From an uncultured Candidatus Peribacteria bacterium (GTDB lineage: Bacteria; Patescibacteriota; Gracilibacteria; Absconditabacterales; Absconditicoccaceae), in NCBI GenBank assembly GCA_964422855.1, contig CAYRCS010000001.1, positions 4,957 through 68,956 on the forward strand: a stretch of 64,000 nt of DNA, written 5' to 3'. Of this stretch, positions 1-11,105 are shown one piece after another; the first letter of the stretch is position 1, and each line of letters opens with the position of its first letter. Below the pieces are notes generated by a model. It made no database searches, was not told the DNA's origin, and saw only the letters and a list, made by a program, of their open reading frames with translations. A program made the position numbers and the translations under genes.

Positions 1-1214
1 TTGCTTTCTGTTTGTCTGACAGATATCTGCGGAGCCTGCTGTACAGCCTGTTTTGGAAGATTTCTTTTCTTCTCCTCATCTATTCTTTTTTGTCTTTCTG
101 CACAAAAATCTGCATACATGTGATCTATTTTTTTCTTGAGGAAATATATATAAGTATCGATGTCAAAAAGCTTTTTGTCCAACTCCTTGTAGATATCATT
201 ATCCTCCAAAAGATATGCATCTTGTTTGATGGCTTGATCTATATAATGCAGACAATATTTTATATATTGTTGTTGTGCTTCTGTATAAAAATGTTTGGAT
301 TTGTATCTATGTTTTACAGAACTATTGAGTAATGGAAAGTGGGGCAACATACGTTGTACGTGTTGATCCATCTCTGCGGTAAGAGATGTATTTCAACCGT
401 AATACATATCCTTATGTGTAGCAAAAAAATGTTTTTTGGCATAAGATTCCAAAGCATTTTTTTGGTCTTCTTTGCATATACTGCGAGCAGCATCCTGCCA
501 ATGCTTGGCAAATCTTTCTATCAAAAACTGTTCATTGCAGGCTGCTATCAATGTGGTCTGTACTACACCATGGAGTATAACCTTACCTTCATCGCCATCT
601 TTTGTAGGAGCCCCTTGTTCCACATCTTGGATAACTCTTCTCGTTGTCTCTGGAAGCTCTTGATCCAACTCATCCAAAAGCGAAAGCATACATATCTGAT
701 TAAACGACTTACGCTTACAAATATCAAGCGTATCGTCACTTACCATAGTATATTTGTCCTTCATATGCTTGATAGCCTCATCTATATCTGATATACTATA
801 ATCATCAAAAAAAACCTCTCTGATATAATAGTGCATGGCTTTTTGTGCTCTCTGCTGCAAGACAAAAAGTAATAAGTCTTTATTCTGATCTATATAAGCA
901 TCCAAAAGTTGCTGATAATCTTCTCCTGTAAATCTAATGAAACGTTTGTATAACTCCTCTGATATATCTCCTGATGCGACATATAGTTTGTGTATGTATC
1001 TTTCGAGACCATCTATATGTGCAATAAACTTATTTGCTTGATCTGGCGTCACCGAAGTATCCAAAACTACGTGAATCTCTTGGACCCTATCAGGATCTTG
1101 TGCATCTCTTACTATAGTAAATTTGGATCTAGGAGTATTGCCTGGTTTCATATAGAATCTATGTAGGTACGAGTAAACACGGCATACTGCTGCACTCAAA
1201 ATTATGTGGACCAA
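1..1214 (-). CDS. hypothetical protein; its 3' end runs off the window (partial)
   Basis: Track ORF 393..1214 ends at TGA (393..395). The same frame stays open, with no TAA or TAG, down to position 1 under code 25. No recognisable motifs. The start is uncertain: TTG at 1214 or ATG at 1151. Confidence 0.5.
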
Positions 1215-1773
1215 TCTAGGTATTTCCTAGGTCAGGTCAACTGAATTAATTATTTTTTATTTATACATATTTTATATAAAATGTCAATCTTTTATGTAAA
1301 GAAAAAACTCTCTATAAGAGAGTTGGAAGAAGTGCATGAAAGGGGTATTTTTTTGTTCGCTGATACACCAACTTGAGGGTGTATACTGTTTTATTTTTAA
1401 TTTGTGTCATTGCACCAATGATCTCGGCACATACAACGAGGTACGTGCACACGTTTTTCATACTCCTCCTTCCTTACTCTATACGCAAGAAATCCTGCAT
1501 ATACACTAGGGAAAGAGAAAGGGAGATAAGCATATAAATAGGTTATAAGACCTATATCATGTACGCCAGGGATAGGTTGTCCATCTACCGAGTTTGATCT
1601 CGATACGTACACAATCGTTGGCCCAATGCGTACGATCATACAAAGAGGTCGAGTCTGTGTAGATCTGCATAAGGGACGATATGATTATCTTCCTCTACTA
1701 TGATGGGTCACATCACAGTACCTCAAGTATATAGTGCATGCGTCTCAAATGCAAAAAAATGATGACTTTTTTG

Positions 1774-1801
1774 TTGCAAAGAAATGTGGCTTTGCTATAA
1801 G
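1774..1801 (+). promoter_or_regulatory. putative sigma-70 promoter (TTGCAA-16 nt-TATAAG) upstream of ORF 1834 and glyQS
   Basis: Hexamers at 1774..1779 and 1796..1801 with a 16 nt spacer, read directly from the sequence. Confidence 0.35.
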
Positions 1802-1833
1802 TGTTTTTATTGTTTAGATAATAGTTGGCCTAC

Positions 1834-2109
1834 ATGGATCATGGAGATGTAGCAACGCTCAGAGCTGAGTGAGAAGGAATATGGCGCAAACTCAACTCAT
1901 ACAATGGGATGCTGGAGAAATACGAACAAGCATTGGCTGGTACTTTATCATTCAACTGATCTGTCGACGATATTAAAAAGGATAAACTCGCATTAGAAAA
2001 AGAGATTACAGAACTTATGACATCATCTACATCTATCATACAAACACTCAATCTTCAACCATATGATTATAAGACAAATCCAAATCCGCATCATGAACGA
2101 GCTAGATAA
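1834..2109 (+). CDS. small hypothetical protein (91 aa, coiled-coil-like)
   Basis: ATG at 1834 to TAA at 2107, with two in-frame TGAs. Preceded by a promoter-like element and lies directly upstream of glyQS. An antisense track ORF (1839..2051) competes with it. No homology recognised. Confidence 0.3.
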
Positions 2110-2136
2110 AACAATATTTATTACTTATGTTGATAT

Positions 2137-3588
2137 ATGACATTTCCACTAGATACGATAGTAGCTTGGGCCAAAAGAAGATGATTTGTATACCCAGGGT
2201 CAGATATATATGGCGGATTGGCAAATGCTTGGGACTATGGTCCGTATGGCTCCGTGCTCAAGAAAAATATAGCTGATGCTCGATGGAAATTTTTCGTCCA
2301 ACAACGTGATGATATGGTAGGTATGGACTCACAAATTCTCATGCATCCGAGAGTCTGGGAAGCCAGCGGACACGTCGGTAATTTCAATGATCCGATGATC
2401 GATGACAAGAAAACGGGAGAAAGATTTAGAGCGGATAAGTTGATAGAAGATAAGATCCAGCAAATCAGAGATAAGGTAGGTGAACAAGGAACAACTGACG
2501 CTGTGGTAAAAGTATATGGCGTACCAAACCTCATTCCAGAATCTTGGACTTTTGACCAGATGAAAGCATTTATCACTGCTGAGATACCAAACAATCCCAA
2601 CAGTAAAAAACACGATAAAGCAGACTGGACTGATGTGCGTAAGTTTAACATGATGTTTTCTACGCATCAAGGCGTGATCGAAAACGATGAGAGCAAGGTA
2701 TGGCTCAGACCAGAGACTGCACAAGGGATATTTGTAAACTTCAGAAATGTGACGGATACGACCAGGATGAGAGTACCATTTGGTATTGCACAGATTGGTA
2801 AGGCATTTAGAAATGAAATCACTCCTGGGCAATTCTTGTATAGAACTCGTGAATTTGAACAGATGGAGATAGAATACTTTGTCGAAAACGATCATGATAC
2901 AGCGATGGAGAGATTTGAAGATTGGAAGAGTGCATCACAAGAGTTTTGGAAAGATGTGGTCTGACTCAAAGCAGAAAATCTCAAATTTAGAGAACATGAA
3001 AAAGATGAACTAGCACACTACTCTGCTGGGACTTTTGATGTGGAATATCAGTTTCCATGGGGACGATGAGAATTACAAGGTCTAGCATATAGGACAGATT
3101 TTGATCTCAAGCAACATATGGAATTCTCTGGTAAAGATATGCAATACACTGATCCATATAGCGGCAAAAGATACGTACCTCATGTGATCGAACCAAGCTT
3201 TGGTTTATCCAGAACGGTGCTTGTAACCATGCTCGATGCGTATGATGAAGAAAAATATACCAATGGTAAATGAGAAGAAGAAACGCGCACGGTTGCTCGC
3301 TTCCACAAAACTATCGCTCCGATAAAATTCTGTGTCATCCCATTACTCAAGAAGGATCCAAAAATGGTCGGCATGGCAGAAGATATATATAGAAAGCTTA
3401 GCAAAGATTATATGTGTGAATTTGATGACAGCGGCAATATCGGTAAATGCTACCGCAGACAAGACGAAATTGGGACTCCATATTGTATCACCGTCGATCA
3501 TCAATCGCTTGAAGACAATACCGTGACTATCAGAGATAGAGATACGATGGCACAGGAGAGGATTTCAATAAGTGACATCAAGCTATAA
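2137..3588 (+). CDS. glyQS: glycine--tRNA ligase (class II, GlyQS type)
   Basis: Joins track ORFs 2218..2964 and 3364..3588, which share a frame, through in-frame TGAs (for example 2962..2964 and 3067..3069). The N-terminus [36 protein letters not shown] and the motif FPWGR-G-ELQG are typical GlyRS. TAA stop. Confidence 0.95.
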
Positions 3589-3660
3589 TACATCAAATCT
3601 GATTGACTTATTTTGGTATATAGATACTATTTTGTGAATTTATAGCGATTTTCCTATTGT

Positions 3661-5148
3661 ATGAGAGAACTCAAGATAAGTAAGTCTATCACCAATCGCG
3701 ATAGTGTAGCAATCGAAAAATACCTACAAGAAATAGGTAAGATCGATCTACTGTCCACTGAAGAAGAAGTAGAACTTGCTCGTAAGGTCCAAGCTGGAGA
3801 TACAATGGCTTTGGAAAAATTAGTCAAAGCCAATCTTCGTTTTGTCGTATCAGTAGCAAAACAATATCAAAATAATGGTATACCACTATCTGATCTCATC
3901 AATGAAGGCAATCTATGACTGACGAAAGCCGCACAGAAATTTGATGAGACTCGTGGATTTAAATTTATTACTTATGCTGTATGGCGAATACGTCAGAGCA
4001 TACTACAAGCTCTTGCTGATTATGGTCGTATGGTGCGTCTCCCACTCAACAAAATATGATCTATCTCCAAAGTAAATCAAGCTTCTTCTTCTCTAGAACA
4101 GAAATATGAACGCGAACCAACTCCTGAAGAAATTGCAGAGATGCTGGAGATGCCACTAGACGATGTTCAGGATACTATATATATAAATAGATGACGTCAT
4201 ACATCACTGGATGCACCAGTTGGTGGCGATGAAGACTCCACTTTTTCTCTCAATGATACAAATCTCGATCCGGATACACAAGCAGTCAAAGACGATCTTT
4301 TTGTTGCGATGGCAAACGATAGTTTCAACAAATCTATGCAACTTATTGTTAATCATGTATTTGCGAAAAAACCACAAACCAAAGATATCTTGTTTAGATT
4401 TTTTGGTATAGGACAAGAACATCCAGAAGGACTAGAAGATATTGGACTTAGATACAATCTTACTCGTGAAAGAGTAAGGCAGATAAAGGACGCATGATTA
4501 GCCAGACTCAAACCCATCTTGGCTCAAGGCAATATAGAAGATGTAGTGGAGAAACTTCGTCAACAAAGTGTCTTGCCTATACAGAAGAAAAAAACACAAG
4601 CTAGTATAGCACATACCTTTTCTATGGAGAAACCTCCAACAAAACGCGTGACTCCTCATACCAGTAAAAACAATAATGACATAGGTATATCATCTATACC
4701 AGACTCATGGCCTACAACGACATCTATCAACAATAATAATACAGCAATACATTCTATAGAAAATGAATCTAGGACACCATCTGCTGATGCTATATCTATA
4801 GATGAATATATGCAAATATATGCAAAAGATCTCCAAGAGATAGAGTTTGCCCTCCAAACCATGACTAAAAAACCTGGTAAACTAGCCCTAGATTATATGT
4901 ATGTTATACAGTGCGGCTTTCATATAGATAGTTATATATTGTTTTGGTATCTATGGAAAAAATATGATGATATACACACACTCAATACGATAGATAGAAA
5001 CTATCTGACAATGTTTATGAGTCTCCATGGCAAAATGCCAGATATCAAAAATATGTATGGTCAGGAAGAAGCACATCATGTTTACAGAACAATAGAAAAA
5101 GCTTTTGCCGTGATAGACAAAGGACTTAAGAATAGTGAGGATAAGTAA
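3661..5148 (+). CDS. rpoD: RNA polymerase sigma-70 family factor (regions 2-4) with a roughly 215-aa C-terminal extension
   Basis: Track ORFs 3661..3918, 4309..4497 and 4519..5148 share one frame and are separated only by TGAs. Motifs: [53 protein letters not shown]. There is no TAA or TAG before 5146. Confidence 0.85.
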
Positions 5149-5184
5149 TACATACGAATTCTATAATTATTTTTGTTCTATCCA

Positions 5185-5841
5185 ATGATAAATAATATAA
5201 TCAACCATTTCTATAAACTCATAGAACCTTTCAAAAGAACAAACAATACTTCAGATATCCTCCATCTTTTATCTAAGTCTATAAAACCTAGATCTTTTAT
5301 AGATAAAGATATTTTGCTCAATGATGTACATCATATCTTAGATGAAACGTGATTTTACACTTCATATGAGATCAATATATTTGAGCAACCAAGTGCTCAT
5401 CACCTGATTATAGTGGGCAATGTGCATGATGATAACGATCCTACAATTGACTATCCAAACTTTAAACACGCTAAAGCACTATATGAGTTGAAAAATAATC
5501 AAGAATTTATTTTTTCATATACTTATTCTGGACACCGCGATAAGTCAGATATTTTAGATGAATGACAAGCTGACTTAATTCATAAATTACAATGAAATTG
5601 ATTATGACTACAGATCATGGAAGCCATATATAAACAAGCAGCTCAAAAATGATATAAGTATGCTGTAGGCATGCATCTTTCTTCTAGATTAGTAAGATAT
5701 TTTTCTGATAGCAAACCATATAGAGTCCATATAGAAAAACTACCAATAGAAATACAAAATTATCTGACCGATAGCAATGATCCAGTAAAGCATAAAACGA
5801 CTGTTGCATTATTAGATAAAATTGATAGAATAAGTCAATAA
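5185..5841 (+). CDS. hypothetical protein (218 aa), absent from the standard-code track
   Basis: ATG at 5185 to TAA at 5839 is open under code 25 with 6 in-frame TGAs. It fills a 0.7 kb gap between two same-strand genes. No motif recognised. Confidence 0.55.
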
Positions 5842-5844
5842 TTT

Positions 5845-6963
5845 ATGTCTAATAATGACATGATCCACAAAGAGGATATCTATGCAGCATTTGGCAAAAC
5901 TGTGCCTGAAGAAACGCCTATAGAAGAGGTAGTCGCTGATCCTTTTGTAGATGATGAAAATATAGATGCCGAATCTCTTACAGAATTAATAGAGTCTGAA
6001 CCCTTGCTCGAATCTATCGATGCAACGCCGATTTCTCAGCCGTATGTATATGAGGACAAAGATACAGATTTACCTGTCCAAGATTATCGTCATTATGGAT
6101 TCTTGAGAACAACGATCATCATCGCTATCATCGTTCTAGGGTTTACTCTCTCGGCAGAACAGCAAAATATCATCCATCTGACATTGCAACACATAGTCCT
6201 CTACCCTCGATATCCACTTATCATCATTGCTCTCTCTTTGGGATTGCTTTGGTATAAATCATGGATCGGTAAAGCCGTCGGTGGACTTATCATACTACTT
6301 GTCGTTGCAGCTATGTCATATTTTGAATTATATGATAGTCTAGCTATCAATGACCCTGTGCAGACGAGCAGATCCCAGAGTTTGCGTCTTAGCGAAGCTA
6401 GTACAATCAATCTATATATACATGATACTGTAAGTACGATGAGTGTCGGGAAGTGAAATAGCAATGTCATCGATGCAACGCAAAGCGGTGAAAGATCACT
6501 TGATCTCTATACACAATCTTGAAGCATTTTTGTATCATGATCAAATACCTGGAATATCATCACCCTACCAGAAAGTTCTATAGCACTCTGACTCCCAAGC
6601 AACAAATCTATGTCTATCGCTAGCAAACAACTCCGATCGGACAATATATGGGATCTCAGCGATCTTCGTACAAAAAGTTTGCGTACGATTGGTGGATCTT
6701 TGGATCAGGAAATTATTGTACCAAGCATAGGTTCATTGGAATATCTCACTATACAAGCGCGATGGAGCGATCTAGATCTCACTATTCCTAGCGATATAGG
6801 TATAGAAGTACAATTGGATAACTGGATAGATACAAAGGAGCTTGCGGATTTGGAGCAAATCGATACAGACTTGTATCGTAGCAAAAATTTTGCGCAAACT
6901 GATAGACATCTCCGCGTACGTGTGGATAGCGTCTTCAGCTCCTTTACTCTCCATAGAGACTAA
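5845..6963 (+). CDS. membrane protein of unknown function (acidic N-terminus, hydrophobic helices, C-terminal domain)
   Basis: Track ORFs 5845..6456 and 6610..6963 share a frame and are joined through 4 TGAs with no TAA or TAG. Hydrophobic segments include TTIIIAIIVLGF, LIIIALSLGLLWY and GGLIILLVVAAM. Confidence 0.6.
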
Positions 6964-6966
6964 ATT

Positions 6967-7422
6967 TTGCTTACCATCACCAAGCACAAACGTGCCAATT
7001 TGGATTATGATATAGTGGATACCTATGATGCAGGTATTGTCCTTTTTGGGCATGAGGTAAAATCTATCAAAGCCAAAAGTGCAAACCTCGTGGATGCGAC
7101 AGCGTGATTTGTTGGCAAGGCTTTGTGGCTCTATAATCTCGATGTGCAATTGTACAAGAAAACAAGTCGTGTGATGGTGCCCGACTATGAACCCAAAAGA
7201 AAGAGACAACTCCTGCTCAATCAAAAAGAACTCGCAAAAATATCATCAGCACTGGATAGAAAGTGACTGACTGTCGTGCCCTTAGAAGTATATATTTCCC
7301 TCAAAGGCAAAATTAAGATCAAACTCGGTGTCGGAAAATTACGTAGAAAGATAGAGAAGAAACAGATATTGAAGGAAAAAGATATGGATAGACAGATGCA
7401 CAAGGAGATGAAGAATCACTAA
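6967..7422 (+). CDS. smpB: SsrA-binding protein SmpB
   Basis: No track ORF exists here because of TGAs. The code-25 translation [35 protein letters not shown]...[13 protein letters not shown]...[10 protein letters not shown]...[12 protein letters not shown] matches the SmpB family. Start is TTG at 6967 (or ATT at 6964). TAA stop at 7420. Confidence 0.9.
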
Positions 7423-7433
7423 GATCCATATTT

Positions 7434-8660
7434 CTAGTCTTTTACTTTTCTCAATATTTGATCTAACTCACGTGATATAAACTGTTCAGATTTTCTATAT
7501 GATGCTATTCATTTGTTGGCAAAATGTGGACTTGTTAGATTATTTACTACGCCGCTATACATCTGTACCATATCTGCTCATGCATGGAGCATATCGCCCG
7601 CAGACTGTTGCCATTCTGCTGGTCATTTACCTGCACCAATACCTCAAAGTCATACTATTTTTATGCTACCACCTGTATGTTGTTTGACAATAGCAACTGT
7701 CTCTAGTGATCTTTCATGCAAATTTTTGCCACTCATGCCTCATCTAGGATTTTTGTTATCATCCATTGGACTCAATCATTTCAAGTCTGTGTGTTCTTTG
7801 GCAGTATTTGTAGCTACTACTCCATCCATACCTAAATCTACAAATGTGTCCAACATTGATTTTGTCTGATCTACCGTATTGTCTTGTAAATGAGGATAAT
7901 TTTCTAATCGTTTTTTGTCATTACTTGTTACTGGACCTATCTTTGCAAGCATAGGTTTTGATTCTCCTTTTTCTTGAGCCAATTCATTACGTGCTTGTAT
8001 CAAAGGAGCAAGCAATTCTCTTACTTGTTCTTGGAGATTTTCTCCTGTATTTGGACAGCTTACATTGATGACAAATACTTTTGCATAATCCCACATATAC
8101 CTCATAGATATTTTGATATCTTCTACTTGTTCTTGGAGCTTTATGCCTGGTCTAGGTGTATTAGTAAAGTTTGCCCATACTGGAATATTTGGCATCATGC
8201 CATCATCTTCTCTCTGCTGAAATTGTGCAGCTGTTAATTCTGCTCACTGTTGTGGCAATCACATTTGATTGACAACGGTCAAACCACCTGTTTGATGATG
8301 TGGATATCTTCGAATTCTAGGCTTAGCATTACCTTGTCGTGGCTCACCCAATATACTTCCTACTTCGATATATCATACTCATAACGCTTCCCAAAATTTA
8401 AGTCCCAATGGTTGTTTGAGCAAACCAGCCGCTAGACCTACAGGATTTTTGTATGTAGTTCACAAAAACTCTGTCTCCAAAATTTTGTCATCTACATTGA
8501 GTGCATTGTATAATTGATTGATGATGACTGGGTTGGTTTCCAACTTTGGAGCCCACTCTTTTACTATCAGATCATGCATTCTTTCTGGATCTTGTCCGTA
8601 TATGTATGCGCCATTTGCTGCATTGTGTAGATGGCGAAGTGCGTGTGCTCTGATACTCAT
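7434..8660 (-). CDS. pyrD: dihydroorotate dehydrogenase (class 2-like)
   Basis: Track ORFs 8460..8660 and 7776..8198 share a frame. The TGA-joined translation contains YKNPVGLAAGLLK, IEVGSILGEPRQGNAKPRIRR, VINVSCPNTG and GGIGAGKG. TAG stop at 7434. Confidence 0.85.
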
Positions 8661-8682
8661 GTGGATGAAATTTTAGTAAAAT

Positions 8683-10020
8683 TTATGGTGTTTTTTTGAA
8701 TTGAAGATCTTGATGTTTCCAGATATTGTATACGCCACCATTGTAAAAATCTTCTATCGGACGATATTGTCCTCTTTCAAATGAAGCTACTGTTCCATTG
8801 CCTTGACCTTGGAGCGCACTATATAATTGCATCGCGTTTCCTGAGAGGAATTTTTGTAAGTTGCCATATGTTATAGTTAGTTCTGGATATCTTTTTGCAT
8901 CTTCAGATAATTGTAATGCGGCGGTCAAAGAAGCTTCTACCGTATGTCTATAATCTGCTATCCCTCCGGCTGCTTTTTCAAAAGTTTGAGGCGTAAAGAG
9001 ATCCTTCATATCTTTCCATCATCCTTGCTCTATAATATCTGCAAAATTGGTTGTGCCGAAATTGCTGAGGAAATAATCTTCCATATCAGATTTTGATCAG
9101 AAGCCCAATTTTTTGTACAAAGGATGAGGGGCATGATCGTTACCAAATACGATATTTACTCCAGGTTCATCGACACGAGCTATGAGTGATGCAAGCGACA
9201 AATTATTATGGATCGCTCTCAATCTAGGTTGGCATTTATATAGTGGATTGCCATATGGAGTATCAGGATGATACAAGTGATTTTCACGGTTTAGCAGCAT
9301 ATATTTTGCCCCTATTTCCATCCATACGTTTGCTTTGTTTCATTTGTCGAGAGCTTTCTTGTTGTGTCTGATTATAGATTCAGCTGATGTGATGAGGTTT
9401 TCATGAGCGACTACTATATCTACATTTGGAAATGCTTCAGCCAATGGTAAAACATTTGCTACCACAAAATCCAATGCTCCATCTGATTCGCCAACTCTCA
9501 AGGGCGTTTCTGAGTGAATTGTAAGAGTTTTGTTATATTTTTCACAAAGCTCAGCTGCTATTCGTAACGTCGATCATGGCTTAGGAGTCAATTTGGATAC
9601 CTCGTTTTCATTGCTTCCAGCATCAAAATTTGTAGTTACTTTATCAGGATAAATTTTGATACCTACTACATTTTGATGTTGTAGTGATGCTTCTATTTCT
9701 TCGTGATTTTTTTGGTCATCATTAATATTTACATGGACATACTGTTTACCCAAATTTATTGTATTTATTTCTGCAATATATTGTGAAACGCTATCTGGTC
9801 AGATAATACGAGGACTTGTATTTGGCATAAGAAAAACTGTATCAGTTCCTCCCATTCTCGCTTCTTCTACTGATGCAGCTGGCGTTATACCATCTTGTCT
9901 ATACTCATTTCGTCTACCGTGGCCGTGAGTATCTACTATGTTTACAAATGTCATACGATCTCCCTCTTTGAGTTCTGTTATTGGAAAATCTAAGTCATGA
10001 CTAGGAAAATTATTTGCCAT
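8683..10020 (-). CDS. pyrC: dihydroorotase-like amidohydrolase with a C-terminal extension
   Basis: Track ORFs 9799..10020, 9097..9321 and 8683..9009 share a frame. Motifs: VDTHGHGR, LMPNTSPRI, GIKIYPDKVTTN, LTIHSE, VVAHEN and VFGNDHAPH, resembling E. coli-type PyrC. Adjacent to pyrD. Confidence 0.8.
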
Positions 10021-10163
10021 TTTCTATCAACATTATAAAAAAACTGTGAGCAGTATTTTTTATTGTGATATATTTTATTTCTTTGTATGTTTTCTACATA
10101 AATCCTAGGTAATGTCAATCTTATTGCCTTTGCCTTTTGTCCCTTTTTTATTACACAACCATC

Positions 10164-10838
10164 ATGGCACAGATCAAAAATAGCAAAGAAATAGCTCTCA
10201 TTAAACACGCATGCAAACTCACGGATGCGATTTTTGATCGTATGAAGAGAAACTTTGTATGGGAAACAGAAAGAGAACTGGAACAATGGATTTTGGCGCA
10301 GATCAAAAAAGCTGGCTGTAAGCCAAGCTTTTCTCCTATCGTTGCGGCATGACCAAACGCAGCTCATCCACACTGGAAACCTAGTGATGCAAAGCTCAAG
10401 GGCTTTGTGGTGATAGATTTTGGTCTCGTGTACCAATATTATATGTCGGATATGACAAGAACTATCTATGTCGGAAACCCAACACAAAAAGAAGAAGATC
10501 TATACAATCTCGTCCTCCAAAGTCAGCTCGATGGCATCAATTTTATCAGACCAGGAAGGTCGTGTAAAGACTCCCATATCGTCGTGACAAAAACTCTCTG
10601 AGATCATAATCAATATTTCATCCACAGTCTCGGCCATGGCATCGGCACAAGGATCCATGAATGACCTCGTATCAGCCCTAGATCTAAAAAATATTTCCAG
10701 AAAAATATGTGCGTCACCGTCGAGCCAGGCGTCTATATCAAAGACAAGTTATGAATTAGAATTGAAGATACATGTCTGGTAACAGAAAATGGATGTGAAC
10801 AAATAACAAGAAGCACAAAAAGATTGTTGTGTTTCTAA
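10164..10838 (+). CDS. M24 family metallopeptidase (Xaa-Pro aminopeptidase-like, catalytic domain only)
   Basis: Track ORFs 10137..10352 and 10407..10601 joined through TGAs. Motifs: FSPIVAAGPNAAHPHW, VVIDFG..YYMSDMTRT, HSLGHGIGTRIHEGP and VTVEPGVY..G.RIEDT. Confidence 0.8.
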
Positions 10839-11101
10839 TCTTGTTGTGGACGACCAGAAAATCATCGTTCTTCTTTGGATCATCTTTCTCCTACAGTTTC
10901 TGCTAGACTTCCTTCACGGCTACTAGCTGACTTTGTCGTAAAAACATCTAGTATTTCTTTCTTCCCTCCTGTATAACAATTTGGTCATTTCATATCTATA
11001 CAATTAGTTTGGGTTAGTTGGTCTGTGCCGCCATAATTACCGATATCTCATTCATCCAAATTTTTAGGAATTTCTGCATTATTGCCACCAGCCATATCCA
11101 T
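10835..11101 (-). CDS. small hypothetical protein (88 aa)
   Basis: ATG at 11101 to TAG at 10835 under code 25, with 4 TGAs. Lies immediately downstream of the GT2 gene on the same strand. No homology recognised. Confidence 0.3.
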
Positions 11102-11105
11102 ATGG

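Noticed and set aside
2235-2895. Track ORFs 2235..2651 and 2329..2895 on the minus strand
   Set aside because: They are antisense to the strongly supported glyQS, their composition is low-complexity (Ser/Leu/Ile/Phe-rich), and they have no motifs.
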